In this document: piece after piece, positions 22,429-32,106 of the stretch
How positions within the stretch are numbered: the first letter of the stretch is position 1
Layout: every line of letters starts with the position of its first letter
Assembly (NCBI GenBank): GCA_036788695.1
Contig: DAIQMY010000005.1
Coordinates: 5,190-69,189 of the forward strand
Direction: 5' to 3'
DNA from: Candidatus Levyibacteriota bacterium
Lineage (GTDB): Bacteria > Patescibacteriota > Microgenomatia > Levybacterales > GWA1-39-11
Length of the DNA stretch: 64,000 bases
Translations under genes and position numbers: made by a program
The notes under the pieces: model-generated
The model's input: only the letters and a program-made list of their open reading frames with translations
Told to the model about the DNA's origin: nothing
Database searches by the model: none

Positions 22429-22716
22429 CTATTTTTTTCGTGGTTTCTCGTGTTCCTCATATAACCCAAAATTACTATGAGGATATCTAGGAATGGATGA
22501 ATCATGAATAGCATTTGGAGTTGTCTCAAATATTACAACTTCTGCTGTTGACCCCTTTGCTTCAGTGGTCGGATTTTTTTCTGTTAGGAGTATCGCTTCC
22601 TTTTGCCCTTTGCCAACAGCAACTAAAGGAGAAAGTGCCGCAGCTAAACCAATCGCGGATACACCCCCCAATGCCAATCTTCTAACAAATTGCCCTTCTT
22701 TAAAATTCATAGCCAT
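22429..22716 (-). CDS. small secreted hypothetical protein
   Basis: N-terminal signal-peptide-like LALGGVSAIGLAAALSPLVAV. No known motif. Confidence 0.3.
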   Translation of the reverse strand: MAMNFKEGQFVRRLALGGVSAIGLAAALSPLVAVGKGQKEAILLTEKNPTTEAKGSTAEVVIFETTPNAIHDSSIPRYPHSNFGLYEEHEKPRKK

Positions 22717-22747
22717 ATTCTACATCAATTTTATGCCCTACGCCAGT

Positions 22748-23680
22748 CTAGCGATTCCCCTGATGAAATTTTTTATGAACTTCTTTGAGTTGAGGGTTTG
22801 TTATGTGAGTATAGATTTGTGTCGTTGATATATTTTTATGTCCCAACATTTCTTGAACTGAACGTAAATCCGCACCGTTTGACAGCAGATCAGTTGCAAA
22901 TGAATGTCTCATGGTATGCGGAGTTGCTTTAACAGGAATACGGGATGACTTAACATATCTTTCAACGATTCGCTCAATAGAACGAGGAGTTAGTCTCATT
23001 TTTTCACCATTATTTTCTATGCTAGGTGACTTTGCGTATCTAATAAAAAGCGGCTTAAATGTATCCATTCGTATTTCCGTGTATTTTGTTATCCAAAATA
23101 CTGCTGAATCAGATAAAAACACAATTCTAGCTCTATTTCCTTTTCCTATCACCCCAAATTCGCGTGTTTTAAGATTTATAGAGTCTCTATTTAAGCGTGT
23201 AAGCTCAGATACACGCAGGCCAGTTGAAAAAAGCATTTCTAAAATTGTTCTATCCCGTAGTCCCTTTTCCGACCCTGTATCTACTGCATTAAATAACTCT
23301 CTTAGGTGGTTTTGGTCTAAAAACTTCAAGGACCTAGATTCAGCCCTTGGAAGGTCTATCTTTTCAGGGGCTAGTGTATTTTTATCGTTTCGTATGAGAT
23401 ACCGTAAGCACGATCGAAGGGCTATAATGTGGTAGCTTTGAGTAATTCTTTTAAGTGTTAATCCTTTCTCATCCGTCAGATTAGATAAATACACCCGATA
23501 CTTACGCACTACATCTGTAGTGATGCTTGAAACATCTCCTTTTTTTTCATACTCCTCAAACCACAACCGAAAACGTTCAAGATAAAATTTATAATTACGA
23601 ATAGTCAACTTTGAGGAATTTTTTTCTATTTCCAAATATTCAAGAAATTGATTTATGTATTGTTCTAATTCACTTTTCAT
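22748..23680 (-). CDS. tyrosine site-specific recombinase (XerC/XerD-like)
   Basis: LRVSEL (box I Arg), HTMRHSFATDLL (H-x-x-R) and LGHKNISTTQIYTHI (catalytic Tyr) are all present. Confidence 0.8.
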   Translation of the reverse strand: MKSELEQYINQFLEYLEIEKNSSKLTIRNYKFYLERFRLWFEEYEKKGDVSSITTDVVRKYRVYLSNLTDEKGLTLKRITQSYHIIALRSCLRYLIRNDKNTLAPEKIDLPRAESRSLKFLDQNHLRELFNAVDTGSEKGLRDRTILEMLFSTGLRVSELTRLNRDSINLKTREFGVIGKGNRARIVFLSDSAVFWITKYTEIRMDTFKPLFIRYAKSPSIENNGEKMRLTPRSIERIVERYVKSSRIPVKATPHTMRHSFATDLLSNGADLRSVQEMLGHKNISTTQIYTHITNPQLKEVHKKFHQGNR

Positions 23681-24916
23681 GGGCAGAGTAGGGTACTAAC
23701 TATATTTTGCGACATACAACACGGTATGTCAATGGAGACATTCACTTACTCCTGAGTTTCTGATTATGAATCTATGGAAAAATAAAAAAATATTTTTAAT
23801 TTCACAAAGCAGAATAACATTATGCGACATAATCATGATTGCTTAGGATAATGACTAGTTGCAAATGACTTATATTTTTCAACATGTATTGGATTATTTG
23901 GGCGAATTCGCACATGTTTACTTAAATAAATTCTCAAAATAAATCCGTATGGAAATTCTGGTGTCGTAAGACCAATCTTGCTCATTTTATTTCTAAGGTT
24001 TAAGAGACGAATCCGCGCGCTAGCCATATTAGGATTTCCTGAACTACCCTTTGTATACCCAATCCTGATCCTTGTAAACTAGCCCTTCCAGAATGCGATT
24101 CTAGAGGGTTTTTATAAAGAAGATGGGTAGATAGTCATCTATATTTTGTCAATACTGCATTGCATGTTAAAAGTCGCCGTGGAAAATAACTCTGTATTTA
24201 CGAACCTATAGTGAGGGTATTTTTATGTCTTTTTTAAAAGAGGATATAAGGAGACAATTCAGATTTCCAAATATAGCAAAACTCAATAGAATATGAAAAT
24301 AAAACATGCTATAAAAATGGCAAGGCACTCTTCCGCACATATCTTATTTATGTCGTAAAAGTATTATTGTGCGACATAATAATGTCACCATATCAAAAGC
24401 TAGAGTACTGCAGAATGGTTATCTGCCAATTACATATGTCTGCTTGTTGCGACATTACAAGTAAAGGAAATGAGGCTATTTTAGCCCCTCCCCCGGGTAG
24501 TACCTTTTAAACCTACCAAAATCCGTGAAAATAAATAGTTTCACTCCACAAACAGAGTGCAAAAAGTATTAATAAATCAATCTTTTTTAATCTATTTAGC
24601 CTCAAATTACCACTCTATAGTAGCGCCTTCTTACAAAAAGAGGTTTCGTATTTTTTTCGTTTTCCTCTTGTTCTAGCCTGAAGACAAATAAAGGCATCCA
24701 TAGCACCTATGCTCAGGAGAGTCGTGAAAAGTCATACGTAAAATCTTGCTATTTTTTGAGGCTATTTTGAGGCTAGTGAAAAGTTTTTTACCGAAGCTAA
24801 ACTTATCCACATTTATTATTATGGGATGTAATTTAACATGTATCAAACTATATCATTTGAGGCTAATTATAGGTATTACTCCTCTATTCCACTTCCCTTT
24901 CTATTCGTAATTATAC
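23681..24916. repeat. 1.2 kb non-coding repeat-rich region containing TGCGACAT x4 (23708, 23823, 24370, 24448, same orientation), TGAGGCTA x5 (tandem TTTTGAGGCTA x2 at 24754-24775, plus 24471, 24856 and inverted at 24597), a GACATAC-N6-GTATGTC hairpin (23711-23730) and the near-palindrome ATTATGCGACATAAT (23819-23833)
   Basis: Motifs read directly. The track's only ORF here is 64 aa (23833..24027); the longest other ATG ORF I found is 23 aa. Confidence 0.6.
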
Positions 24917-25729
24917 TTAAGCTCCCCATTTTGAAAAAACCAGAAGAAACAAAACTGATAATACGCCAACCCAAACATATTCCCACAATATACCTTTAAA
25001 CAGCCTCTTCTCAAGCCATGCGTGAGCTAAGCCTGAATACGTGTAAAATATGCCTGTTAAAAAAATTGCATAAATAGATGCGCTTACCGGCCATATAGAT
25101 AAAGCGAATGCCAGCTCAATCATCATTATTGAGATTCCACCCGAAAAAAGAAATACCTCGCGGCTCCCTTCTCTTGATTCAGAATATGACCATAAAAATT
25201 GTGTTGCCATTAAATAAGAGATCGCCCCTACCAGAAAAGGTGTCACATATAACGGAAGTCTTAAAGAGAAAATAATACTAAACATAAAAAACAATACAAA
25301 AATGGTTATCACAAAAGAAACGATACGAGCCGATCTGAGTAAATTTATTGTTCGTAAAGTAGAAATTGCAAAGATATTCTGTGTTAAAAATAAAGAATAG
25401 GCACCAAATGAAAAAATGAGCGTTAAAAGTATACGTGTTAAAAATCGTGAGGGAATTAAGGAATAAAATAAACTAAAGGACAATGTGTAAAAAAATGGAA
25501 GAATAAAAATGGGAAGTAAATATGATTTTTTATTAATATCCTTACGCAATATAAGATAGAGAAAAAAAACAGTTAAAGTGGCCAAGAAAAAGGACAAGAA
25601 AATAATAATTCCGCCTGAAAAAAGTTCTGAAAAATATACGGCAACTGAAAGGCTGAAGACACACAATACAAATTTCCCACGTTTTGTAAGCGAAATTTTG
25701 TTCTTTGTACCTAGCTTAAATGACCTCAC
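24917..25729 (-). CDS. polytopic membrane protein, unknown function
   Basis: About 8 hydrophobic segments. Its start overlaps the ruvC stop. Confidence 0.4.
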   Translation of the reverse strand: MRSFKLGTKNKISLTKRGKFVLCVFSLSVAVYFSELFSGGIIIFLSFFLATLTVFFLYLILRKDINKKSYLLPIFILPFFYTLSFSLFYSLIPSRFLTRILLTLIFSFGAYSLFLTQNIFAISTLRTINLLRSARIVSFVITIFVLFFMFSIIFSLRLPLYVTPFLVGAISYLMATQFLWSYSESREGSREVFLFSGGISIMMIELAFALSIWPVSASIYAIFLTGIFYTYSGLAHAWLEKRLFKGILWEYVWVGVLSVLFLLVFSKWGA

Positions 25730-26337
25730 TTCACTCCTCTCCTTTTCTTTTCTTCTTTTTCTGCTATCTTTAAATTTCTTACATGAGCCTTCTCATTCTT
25801 TTTCCTTTCGGTCTCCAATGCCAGAATTTCCTTATCTTTTCCGCTAATCTTCCATGCATGATGTATGGCAATCGCCAATGCGTCAGCAGAATCATCAAAT
25901 GCCTTATCTTTGGCTGAAAATGCAAGTACCCTCTCATCAAGCTTCAATAAAGTTCTTACTACTCTTTGCATCTCTTTTTTATCAGTTTTTCCACTACCTG
26001 CAACTATGTGCTTTACTGCAAGGCTCGTATATTCAAAAAGCGGCAAATTCATCTCAGCACAGGAAAGCATAACCACTCCCCGAGCTTGACTTACTGAAAT
26101 GGCAGTTCTTGCGTTTAGACCAAAAAAAATGTGCTCCACAACAATACAGTCTGGTGAAAATTTATGAATGAGTTCTCCTAATTCTTTATGAAGCGCAAGC
26201 AATCTGTTCTGCATCAGGTCTTCAGCCGGAGTTACTACACAACCATGAGCTATATACTCTACTATATCAGCCTCCTTATGATGTATAATGCCCCACCCTG
26301 TTCTTCCTGTCCCGGGATCAATTCCCAAAATTCGCAT
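25726..26337 (-). CDS. ruvC: Holliday junction resolvase RuvC with Lys/Glu-rich C-terminal tail
   Basis: MRILGIDPGTGRTGWGII ... DALAIAIHH RuvC catalytic motifs. The last ~40 aa are KE-rich. Confidence 0.8.
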   Translation of the reverse strand: MRILGIDPGTGRTGWGIIHHKEADIVEYIAHGCVVTPAEDLMQNRLLALHKELGELIHKFSPDCIVVEHIFFGLNARTAISVSQARGVVMLSCAEMNLPLFEYTSLAVKHIVAGSGKTDKKEMQRVVRTLLKLDERVLAFSAKDKAFDDSADALAIAIHHAWKISGKDKEILALETERKKNEKAHVRNLKIAEKEEKKRRGVK

Positions 26338-26404
26338 ATTACATTCTAGCCATACTCATAGTTAGATTCAAGGGATAATATATTAATATATATACTATGG
26401 GATA

Positions 26405-27133
26405 CTAGTACACAGAGGTATTTGTGGAGACGTTTTGAACATCACCCAAATCTTCTAGTTTTTCTATAAGTGAGACAATTTTTGATTTTGCATCTTCGGA
26501 AATTTCCATTTCATTTACCGGCTTAAATACCAACTCAGCACTCGCAATAATCATGCCCTTCTCCTCAAGTAATTTCTTTGATATTGCAAGCCTGCTTGGA
26601 TCAACGTAAAAAATAACGTCACCTGAATCTTCTAGAAAATCTGTACTGTCCAGCTCCAATGCTATATCCAAAAGCTCATCTGAAGTCTTTCCGTTTATTT
26701 GTGCAGCAATTTCTCCAACCCGGTTAAATAAATACGAAACAGACCCCTGATTTCCCAGTGTCCCTCCGTTTTTCTCTAAAACGTTTTTTACTTCAGCTAC
26801 TGTTCTTTGCTTATTATCAGTTACCGCCTCTATTAGTATTGCGGCACCCCCTGGCGCAAATCCTTCATATAATGCCTCATGTAAATCACCGGAGTCAGCA
26901 CTACCCTTTGCTTTTTGAATTGCACGTTCTATATTTTCCTTAGGCATATTATAAGAACGAGCCTTATCAATTGCTAACCGAAGTTTAAAGTTTGTTTCAG
27001 GATCTATTACTCCACCATTTTGTTTAACCGCTATTACAATGGCATTTGCCAATTTTGTAAATTGCTGTCCGCGCTTTATATCAGCCACTCCTTTTTGGCG
27101 TTTAATAGTTGCCCATTTTGAATGTCCACTCAT
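26405..27133 (-). CDS. yebC: YebC/PmpR-family transcriptional regulator
   Basis: MSGHSKWATIKRQKGVADIKRGQQFTKL N-terminus. Confidence 0.85.
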   Translation of the reverse strand: MSGHSKWATIKRQKGVADIKRGQQFTKLANAIVIAVKQNGGVIDPETNFKLRLAIDKARSYNMPKENIERAIQKAKGSADSGDLHEALYEGFAPGGAAILIEAVTDNKQRTVAEVKNVLEKNGGTLGNQGSVSYLFNRVGEIAAQINGKTSDELLDIALELDSTDFLEDSGDVIFYVDPSRLAISKKLLEEKGMIIASAELVFKPVNEMEISEDAKSKIVSLIEKLEDLGDVQNVSTNTSVY

Positions 27134-27152
27134 ATATGAAACTAGTTGATTC

Positions 27153-27229
27153 TTAAGACACTGAGTCTTAATAATTCCTACAACATTATACCTTCGCTCC
27201 TTGACATTTTCAAGGAAACTAAATAAAAT
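27153..27229 (+). promoter_or_regulatory. divergent regulatory region: palindrome TTAAGAC-N5-GTCTTAA (27153-27171); promoter TTGACA-17-TAAAAT (27201-27229) overlapped by palindrome CCTTGA-N5-TCAAGG (27199-27215)
   Basis: Read directly. The promoter is positioned for the + strand gene at 27267. Confidence 0.4.
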
Positions 27230-27266
27230 ATCTCAATTACGTTTTTGAATATTTGCTCAACAATAC

Positions 27267-27917
27267 ATGAGTACAGCCCTTAAGACACTCGCAATTCAAT
27301 ATGCCCTAGCTAACAACTGGAAAGCCGCTCAACAGGCAAATGAAGAACTCATTTTAGAAAATCCACGCGATCTTGATTCTCTCAATAGGTTGGGATTTGC
27401 ATGCATTAAACAAGGAAAGTATGCAAAGGCTCGCGATATCTATAAACAAGTAATATCCCTAGATAAAACCAATCCAATTGCGCTCAAGAACCTAAAAAGA
27501 CTAGAAACTGTTTCAAAGGGATCTAAAAAGGCAGCTCTTGAGAAAAATTCCGCCGCTCCTACAATGCTTACTAATATTTATATTGAAGAAGCAGGAAAAA
27601 CAAAAACTGTTGAACTGAAAAATGTTGCTGATAAAAAAACACTTTCGTTTGTAGAACCTGGAGATCCAGTTTCAATGATTGTTAAACGTTCTAAAATATT
27701 TATCCAAACTCAGGATAAAAAATATATAGGAATGCTGCCTGACAATATTTCTATGCGGCTTATTACTTTTATTAAGGGAGGAAATGAATATGTTGCTTGC
27801 ATAAAAGCTGCTGAGGAAAAAAATATTTCTGTCTTTGTAAAAGAAACTAAAAAATCGAGCAAATTTAAAAATCAAGCATCCTTTCCATCAACATTTACCA
27901 CCCAAGATTCCGAATAA
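27267..27917 (+). CDS. TPR-like repeat protein, unknown function
   Basis: N-terminal helical repeats resembling TPR (AAQQANEELILENPRDLDSLNRLGFACIKQGKYAKARDIYKQVISLD). Confidence 0.35.
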   Translation: MSTALKTLAIQYALANNWKAAQQANEELILENPRDLDSLNRLGFACIKQGKYAKARDIYKQVISLDKTNPIALKNLKRLETVSKGSKKAALEKNSAAPTMLTNIYIEEAGKTKTVELKNVADKKTLSFVEPGDPVSMIVKRSKIFIQTQDKKYIGMLPDNISMRLITFIKGGNEYVACIKAAEEKNISVFVKETKKSSKFKNQASFPSTFTTQDSE

Positions 27918-27919
27918 TT

Positions 27920-28069
27920 TTATTTTCTTTTAAATAAAACTTTTTCTTTGTGAAGGTTTTCCTTAATCTTTGCTAACTCTTTAGGTTTTGCTAACTCAGA
28001 AGATAAGCCGTGCAGTGCCCACAAAAATGATATCCCTAAAAGCACAGCAACTGAAATCCAAAGTGTCAT
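27920..28069 (-). CDS. possible 49-aa single-TM small protein (MTLWISVAVLLGISFLWALHG...)
   Basis: Hand-translated ATG ORF directly downstream of the LytR_C gene. It is not in the ORF track, which is limited to 60 aa and above. Confidence 0.2.
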   Translation of the reverse strand: MTLWISVAVLLGISFLWALHGLSSELAKPKELAKIKENLHKEKVLFKRK

Positions 28070-28084
28070 ATTAATATTATACCC

Positions 28085-28954
28085 TTACTTTAGCTTATTT
28101 CCAAAATCAGTTCCTAAAACTATCTTTATATCAGAAACGCCAACGAAGCTCTCATCAATTCCTGCAGGGATTCCTAAAAGATGAACTATTCGCTTCATTG
28201 TTTTTGAATTCTGTGAAGCGATAACTGTTGAATTTTCTACGCTATCAGTGGACCGTATAGATACTACATTTGCTCCCGCGCTTTTTAACACCTCCCCAAC
28301 CATACCCGCTAAGCCGGTAACGTCTGTGCCATTTATAATCTCTATGCTATGTTGCTCATCAAGTAAATCAGAGTCCTTAAACGCGTTATACACTTGCTCA
28401 TTCGTCGCCCCTTCTCTCTCCCCTTCGGTGTTCACGGAAAGAGTTAAAAACGAAATATCTTTATAAGGTATTGGCAGAGCCAGTGACGAAAGTTTTATAG
28501 AATCAAAAATTGTCATATCATAATATGTGTAATTCCATGGAGCAAACAACTGATTAACAATAGTGCCAATGCTTGAAAACTTCTCTGGAGATAGATTTTC
28601 AGCCTTTACTCTTCCGTCAATAGGTACCCCCAATAAAATGCTTTCCTTAATTTTATTCTTTTCTACGCTTTTTAATTTCAGGAAAGTAAGTCTGTTTAAA
28701 TTCTTATCATACGAGACAATAAACGGGTTTTTTGCTTCTACTAGTACTGAAAATGCGGATGTGTTATATCTGCTCTCCTGGTAGATAAAAATAAATCTTA
28801 AGGCAAGTGCTAAAAAAATAGAAATACCTACTACCAGTAGAAAATACAAAAGATAAGACATTGGGTTTTTTTCATTTTTTTCTCCCTCTACTCTCTTTAT
28901 TTTTTTTGGCTTATCAAATGTGTTAACTGACACTTTACTATATTTTAATTTCAT
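28085..28954 (-). CDS. membrane-anchored LytR_C-domain protein
   Basis: An N-terminal TM and a C-terminal IEIINGTDVTGLAGMVGEVLKSAGANVV...IKIVLGTDFG that resembles the LytR C-terminal domain. Confidence 0.45.
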   Translation of the reverse strand: MKLKYSKVSVNTFDKPKKIKRVEGEKNEKNPMSYLLYFLLVVGISIFLALALRFIFIYQESRYNTSAFSVLVEAKNPFIVSYDKNLNRLTFLKLKSVEKNKIKESILLGVPIDGRVKAENLSPEKFSSIGTIVNQLFAPWNYTYYDMTIFDSIKLSSLALPIPYKDISFLTLSVNTEGEREGATNEQVYNAFKDSDLLDEQHSIEIINGTDVTGLAGMVGEVLKSAGANVVSIRSTDSVENSTVIASQNSKTMKRIVHLLGIPAGIDESFVGVSDIKIVLGTDFGNKLK

Positions 28955-30663
28955 ATGTCCTGTATCCTCTTTATGTATTCGTCCTGTTTTTCTTTTGAAA
29001 CGTGAAAATTTCCAAGAAGCTTCAAGCCTAGCCTTACACCTGCTTCTGATTCAGGAAAAGTGACCTCGTCTGCTCCAAGTTTTAGAAACTCACTCTCATC
29101 CTCTTTTTTGTATATTCTGCTAATAATATAAATGCTTTTATGTAAATGCTTGGCTACTTTTATTATTTTTTTGTTTTCAGAAACGTCCGAAAAGGTGATT
29201 ACCAATGCCTTTGCTGATTTTATGTGGGCGAGTTCTAATATATCTGGATCGGTAGGATCTCCAAAAAGTGCATGCTTGCCAACATTTTGTATATCTAAAA
29301 TAGCTTTTCTGTTGTAATCAATTACAACATATGGAATTTCTGCAACATCTAAAACAGTTCTTATATTTCTTCCTACTCGTCCATGCCCGCAAATAATAAC
29401 GTGATTTATAATTTTTTGTTCACTATGTACTACTGCACCATGAGTATCCGGGAAAAATTTTTTTAAAAATTTATATTTATTAATCTTTGTGTGTATTTTC
29501 TCAATAATTGAGCTTTCAAAAGGAATAAAAGCAAGAGATAAAACAAAGACAGATAGCAGAAGATAATAGGAATCATTTGATATATGATGATCCAAAAGCG
29601 CTAGTTGACCTATCACTATCGCAAATTCTCCCACATTAATTATGTAAGATGAAATTTTAAGACTTGGTGATAAATTAAAAAATTGAATTCTTAAAAGACA
29701 GTATACAACTATAAATTTTATAATTAACACGATACAAGTTAGAAAAATTATCATCCAAAAATGTGCGATAAAATATGGTACAGAAAAAAGCATGCCCGTC
29801 AAAACAAAAAAGATAACAAGAAAAATATCTCTCAACGGACGAATTTCTGAAAGCGGTGCAAGATTACGTCCTTGCTCTGAAATAATAACCCCCGCAAGAA
29901 ACGCAGCTATTGCATCTGGCAAGCCTGCATATTTCAAAAGAGCTATTGTGATAGCTGCTGTAAAAATTGTAGCTAAAATGGTTAATTCATGAGATGGATA
30001 TCTAAAAATGATACCTAAAACACGCGACAGAAAATATTTATTAAAAATAAGTATGAGAAGGAAAATAACAACCGGCTTTATTGCGGATATAACAAGCGAA
30101 CCTAAAACGCTGGGAAAAGATCCAGTTGCTTCACCAAATAAAATTGGAAAGAGGACAATTACCGGCACTACGAATAAATCCTGAACTAAAAGCAATAAAA
30201 ATATTGCATTTCCTGGGAAATTGTAAAGCATGCTCTTCTCTTCCAATATCTTTATAACAATTGTGGTAGAGGAAAATGAAAAAAGAATTGAAAATAAAAT
30301 CGCAACTGGTATTGAAAGGCCAACATAGGTCAGAATTGGGAAAAGCACAAATGAAGTAATAATTACTTGAAGTACACCAACTACTAAAATTCTTTTATCA
30401 ATTTTTTTAAGTGCGTCAATAGTAATCTCAAAACCATGCGTAAACAGCAACAAAGAAATTCCTAATTGTGATAAAGCTAAAAGCCCGTCGTATGAAGATA
30501 AAAATGGCCTCCCAATCAATGAAAATAAAATACCGCTTGAGATATATCCAAGAACAGGTGGAAGTTTTACGCTACGCGCCAAAAAGCCACCAAAAAAGGC
30601 AGCGGTTGCAATAAATATAATGTCTCGCAAGAAGGACTCAGTCACTCTATCTAGTGTACTCAA
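28951..30663 (-). CDS. CPA2-family K+/H+ antiporter with C-terminal RCK/TrkA-N domain (KefB-like)
   Basis: A polytopic Na+/H+-exchanger-like N-terminus and the C-terminal VIICGHGRVGRNI Rossmann motif. Confidence 0.7.
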   Translation of the reverse strand: MSTLDRVTESFLRDIIFIATAAFFGGFLARSVKLPPVLGYISSGILFSLIGRPFLSSYDGLLALSQLGISLLLFTHGFEITIDALKKIDKRILVVGVLQVIITSFVLFPILTYVGLSIPVAILFSILFSFSSTTIVIKILEEKSMLYNFPGNAIFLLLLVQDLFVVPVIVLFPILFGEATGSFPSVLGSLVISAIKPVVIFLLILIFNKYFLSRVLGIIFRYPSHELTILATIFTAAITIALLKYAGLPDAIAAFLAGVIISEQGRNLAPLSEIRPLRDIFLVIFFVLTGMLFSVPYFIAHFWMIIFLTCIVLIIKFIVVYCLLRIQFFNLSPSLKISSYIINVGEFAIVIGQLALLDHHISNDSYYLLLSVFVLSLAFIPFESSIIEKIHTKINKYKFLKKFFPDTHGAVVHSEQKIINHVIICGHGRVGRNIRTVLDVAEIPYVVIDYNRKAILDIQNVGKHALFGDPTDPDILELAHIKSAKALVITFSDVSENKKIIKVAKHLHKSIYIISRIYKKEDESEFLKLGADEVTFPESEAGVRLGLKLLGNFHVSKEKQDEYIKRIQDI

Positions 30664-30682
30664 AATTCACTCATTTATTCAA

Positions 30683-31444
30683 CTAGAAAGAATCAAGAGT
30701 GTTCAGAAATGTTGATAAATCCTCCGGCAATAGACTTTTGTATGTAACCCTCTTTGAAGTTAAAATGTCTGTAAATTCTATTTCTCCTGCATGGAGAAAA
30801 TGCCTACCTAAAACTTTTCTGTCGTTTCGTGCTGTTTTTCTGCCAGCGTATAATACATCTGCAAAAATCGGGTGATTGATATGTTGAAAATGAACTCTTA
30901 TCTGGTGGGTACGTCCAGTTTTAGGATGCACCTCAACCAATGTAAGACACTCCCCCATATATTTTTTCTCTTGCAAAACTTTGTAATGCGTATATGCATC
31001 TCTCCCCTCCTGCAATACACCAAAACGTGTTCTATTCCATGGAAGCCTGCCTATTGGTTCTTTTATTTCCCCCTCTAAAGGGTCGAGTTTCCCATGTACT
31101 AATGCCACATATGTTTTGTTTACATCATGCGTCTTAAATTTTTCCTGAAGTTTTATAAATGTTTCTACATTCTTTGCTATTAAAATGACTCCTGAAGTTT
31201 CTTTGTCTAAACGGTGCACAATACCAGACCTTGAAATAAATTCATCATATTTATTATATCCGTTAACCATGTATTTTTCTCTTTCTTTATCTGATAGAAC
31301 ATTTTTTACTAGCCCTCTATAATCCTCTACCCAATCTTGAAGCGTTATGTTTCCTTTTGCCGTATCTGCTCTATTCACAATTACACAAGCTGGCTTATCT
31401 ACTACTAATAGATTATCGTCTTCAAAAATTATATGTATCTTCAT
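30683..31444 (-). CDS. RluA-family pseudouridine synthase
   Basis: VHRLDKETSGVILIAKN catalytic Asp motif and HQIRVHF. No S4 domain. Confidence 0.75.
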   Translation of the reverse strand: MKIHIIFEDDNLLVVDKPACVIVNRADTAKGNITLQDWVEDYRGLVKNVLSDKEREKYMVNGYNKYDEFISRSGIVHRLDKETSGVILIAKNVETFIKLQEKFKTHDVNKTYVALVHGKLDPLEGEIKEPIGRLPWNRTRFGVLQEGRDAYTHYKVLQEKKYMGECLTLVEVHPKTGRTHQIRVHFQHINHPIFADVLYAGRKTARNDRKVLGRHFLHAGEIEFTDILTSKRVTYKSLLPEDLSTFLNTLDSF

Positions 31445-31445
31445 A

Positions 31446-32105
31446 TTACTTTCCAGAAATCATACCTTCATGCACAAGAAGTAAAAATGACGCCCCTAAA
31501 AATATAATCATACTTAAAATTTGTGGGATGGTAAAAAATGAAAAAATAGTACGATTCCCCCCAGAAAATTCAGAAACAATAGTAAATATTGAAATAAGAC
31601 ATATAAATAAATAGGTAATAGTTCCATCTTTTAGAGTGTAATTTTTATATGAATAAATACCAATACCAAAAAAAATGCATGACAATAAAAAAAGCAAAGC
31701 GTTAAAATACAAAAAATAACCTCCAAAATATGATACGAGCAGAGCGAATAAAAAAATTGGATACATAGATAACGAATAAATATCAAAAATTCTAAGTAAT
31801 ATTTTCTTTTTTCTAAAAACGTAATAAATAACAATTCCAAACCCTAAAACGCCTCCGATAATAAGTATGCCTGGATACCTGATTAAATGAAAAAATTTAA
31901 CAAAATGAAAAAAGCTATATTGTTGTTCACCTAGCACAAACAGTAGTCGTCCTAAAAAAATAAAGGCAATGTAAGCAAAAAAAGTAGTATCAAAAATCTC
32001 TTGCAATAAAAGACTTTTACGTGCAAGAACAAAATCATGCTTAACAAGAACGTATAACATAAAAAGAGAGATAAATATACAAATAGCAAAAAGGAGTAAG
32101 AACAT
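31446..32105 (-). CDS. polytopic membrane protein, unknown function
   Basis: Very hydrophobic and Phe/Leu-rich. The ATG at 32105 abuts the MFS stop. The track ORF is extended to 32162. Confidence 0.35.
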   Translation of the reverse strand: MFLLLFAICIFISLFMLYVLVKHDFVLARKSLLLQEIFDTTFFAYIAFIFLGRLLFVLGEQQYSFFHFVKFFHLIRYPGILIIGGVLGFGIVIYYVFRKKKILLRIFDIYSLSMYPIFLFALLVSYFGGYFLYFNALLFLLSCIFFGIGIYSYKNYTLKDGTITYLFICLISIFTIVSEFSGGNRTIFSFFTIPQILSMIIFLGASFLLLVHEGMISGK

Positions 32106-32106
32106 A

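Noticed and set aside
24363-24390. A canonical 28-bp dif site
   Set aside because: TGCGACATAAT resembles the XerC arm (TGCGCATAAT), but no matching XerD arm (TTATGTTAAAT) follows at the right spacing. The similarity is partial only.
23681-24916. RNase P RNA or tmRNA in the large non-coding region
   Set aside because: Neither strand carries the conserved RNase P GAAAGTCC/P4 elements or a tRNA-like GGTTCGA...ACCA 3' end with an ANDENYALAA-type tag frame. The region is kept as an unclassified repeat or ncRNA candidate only.
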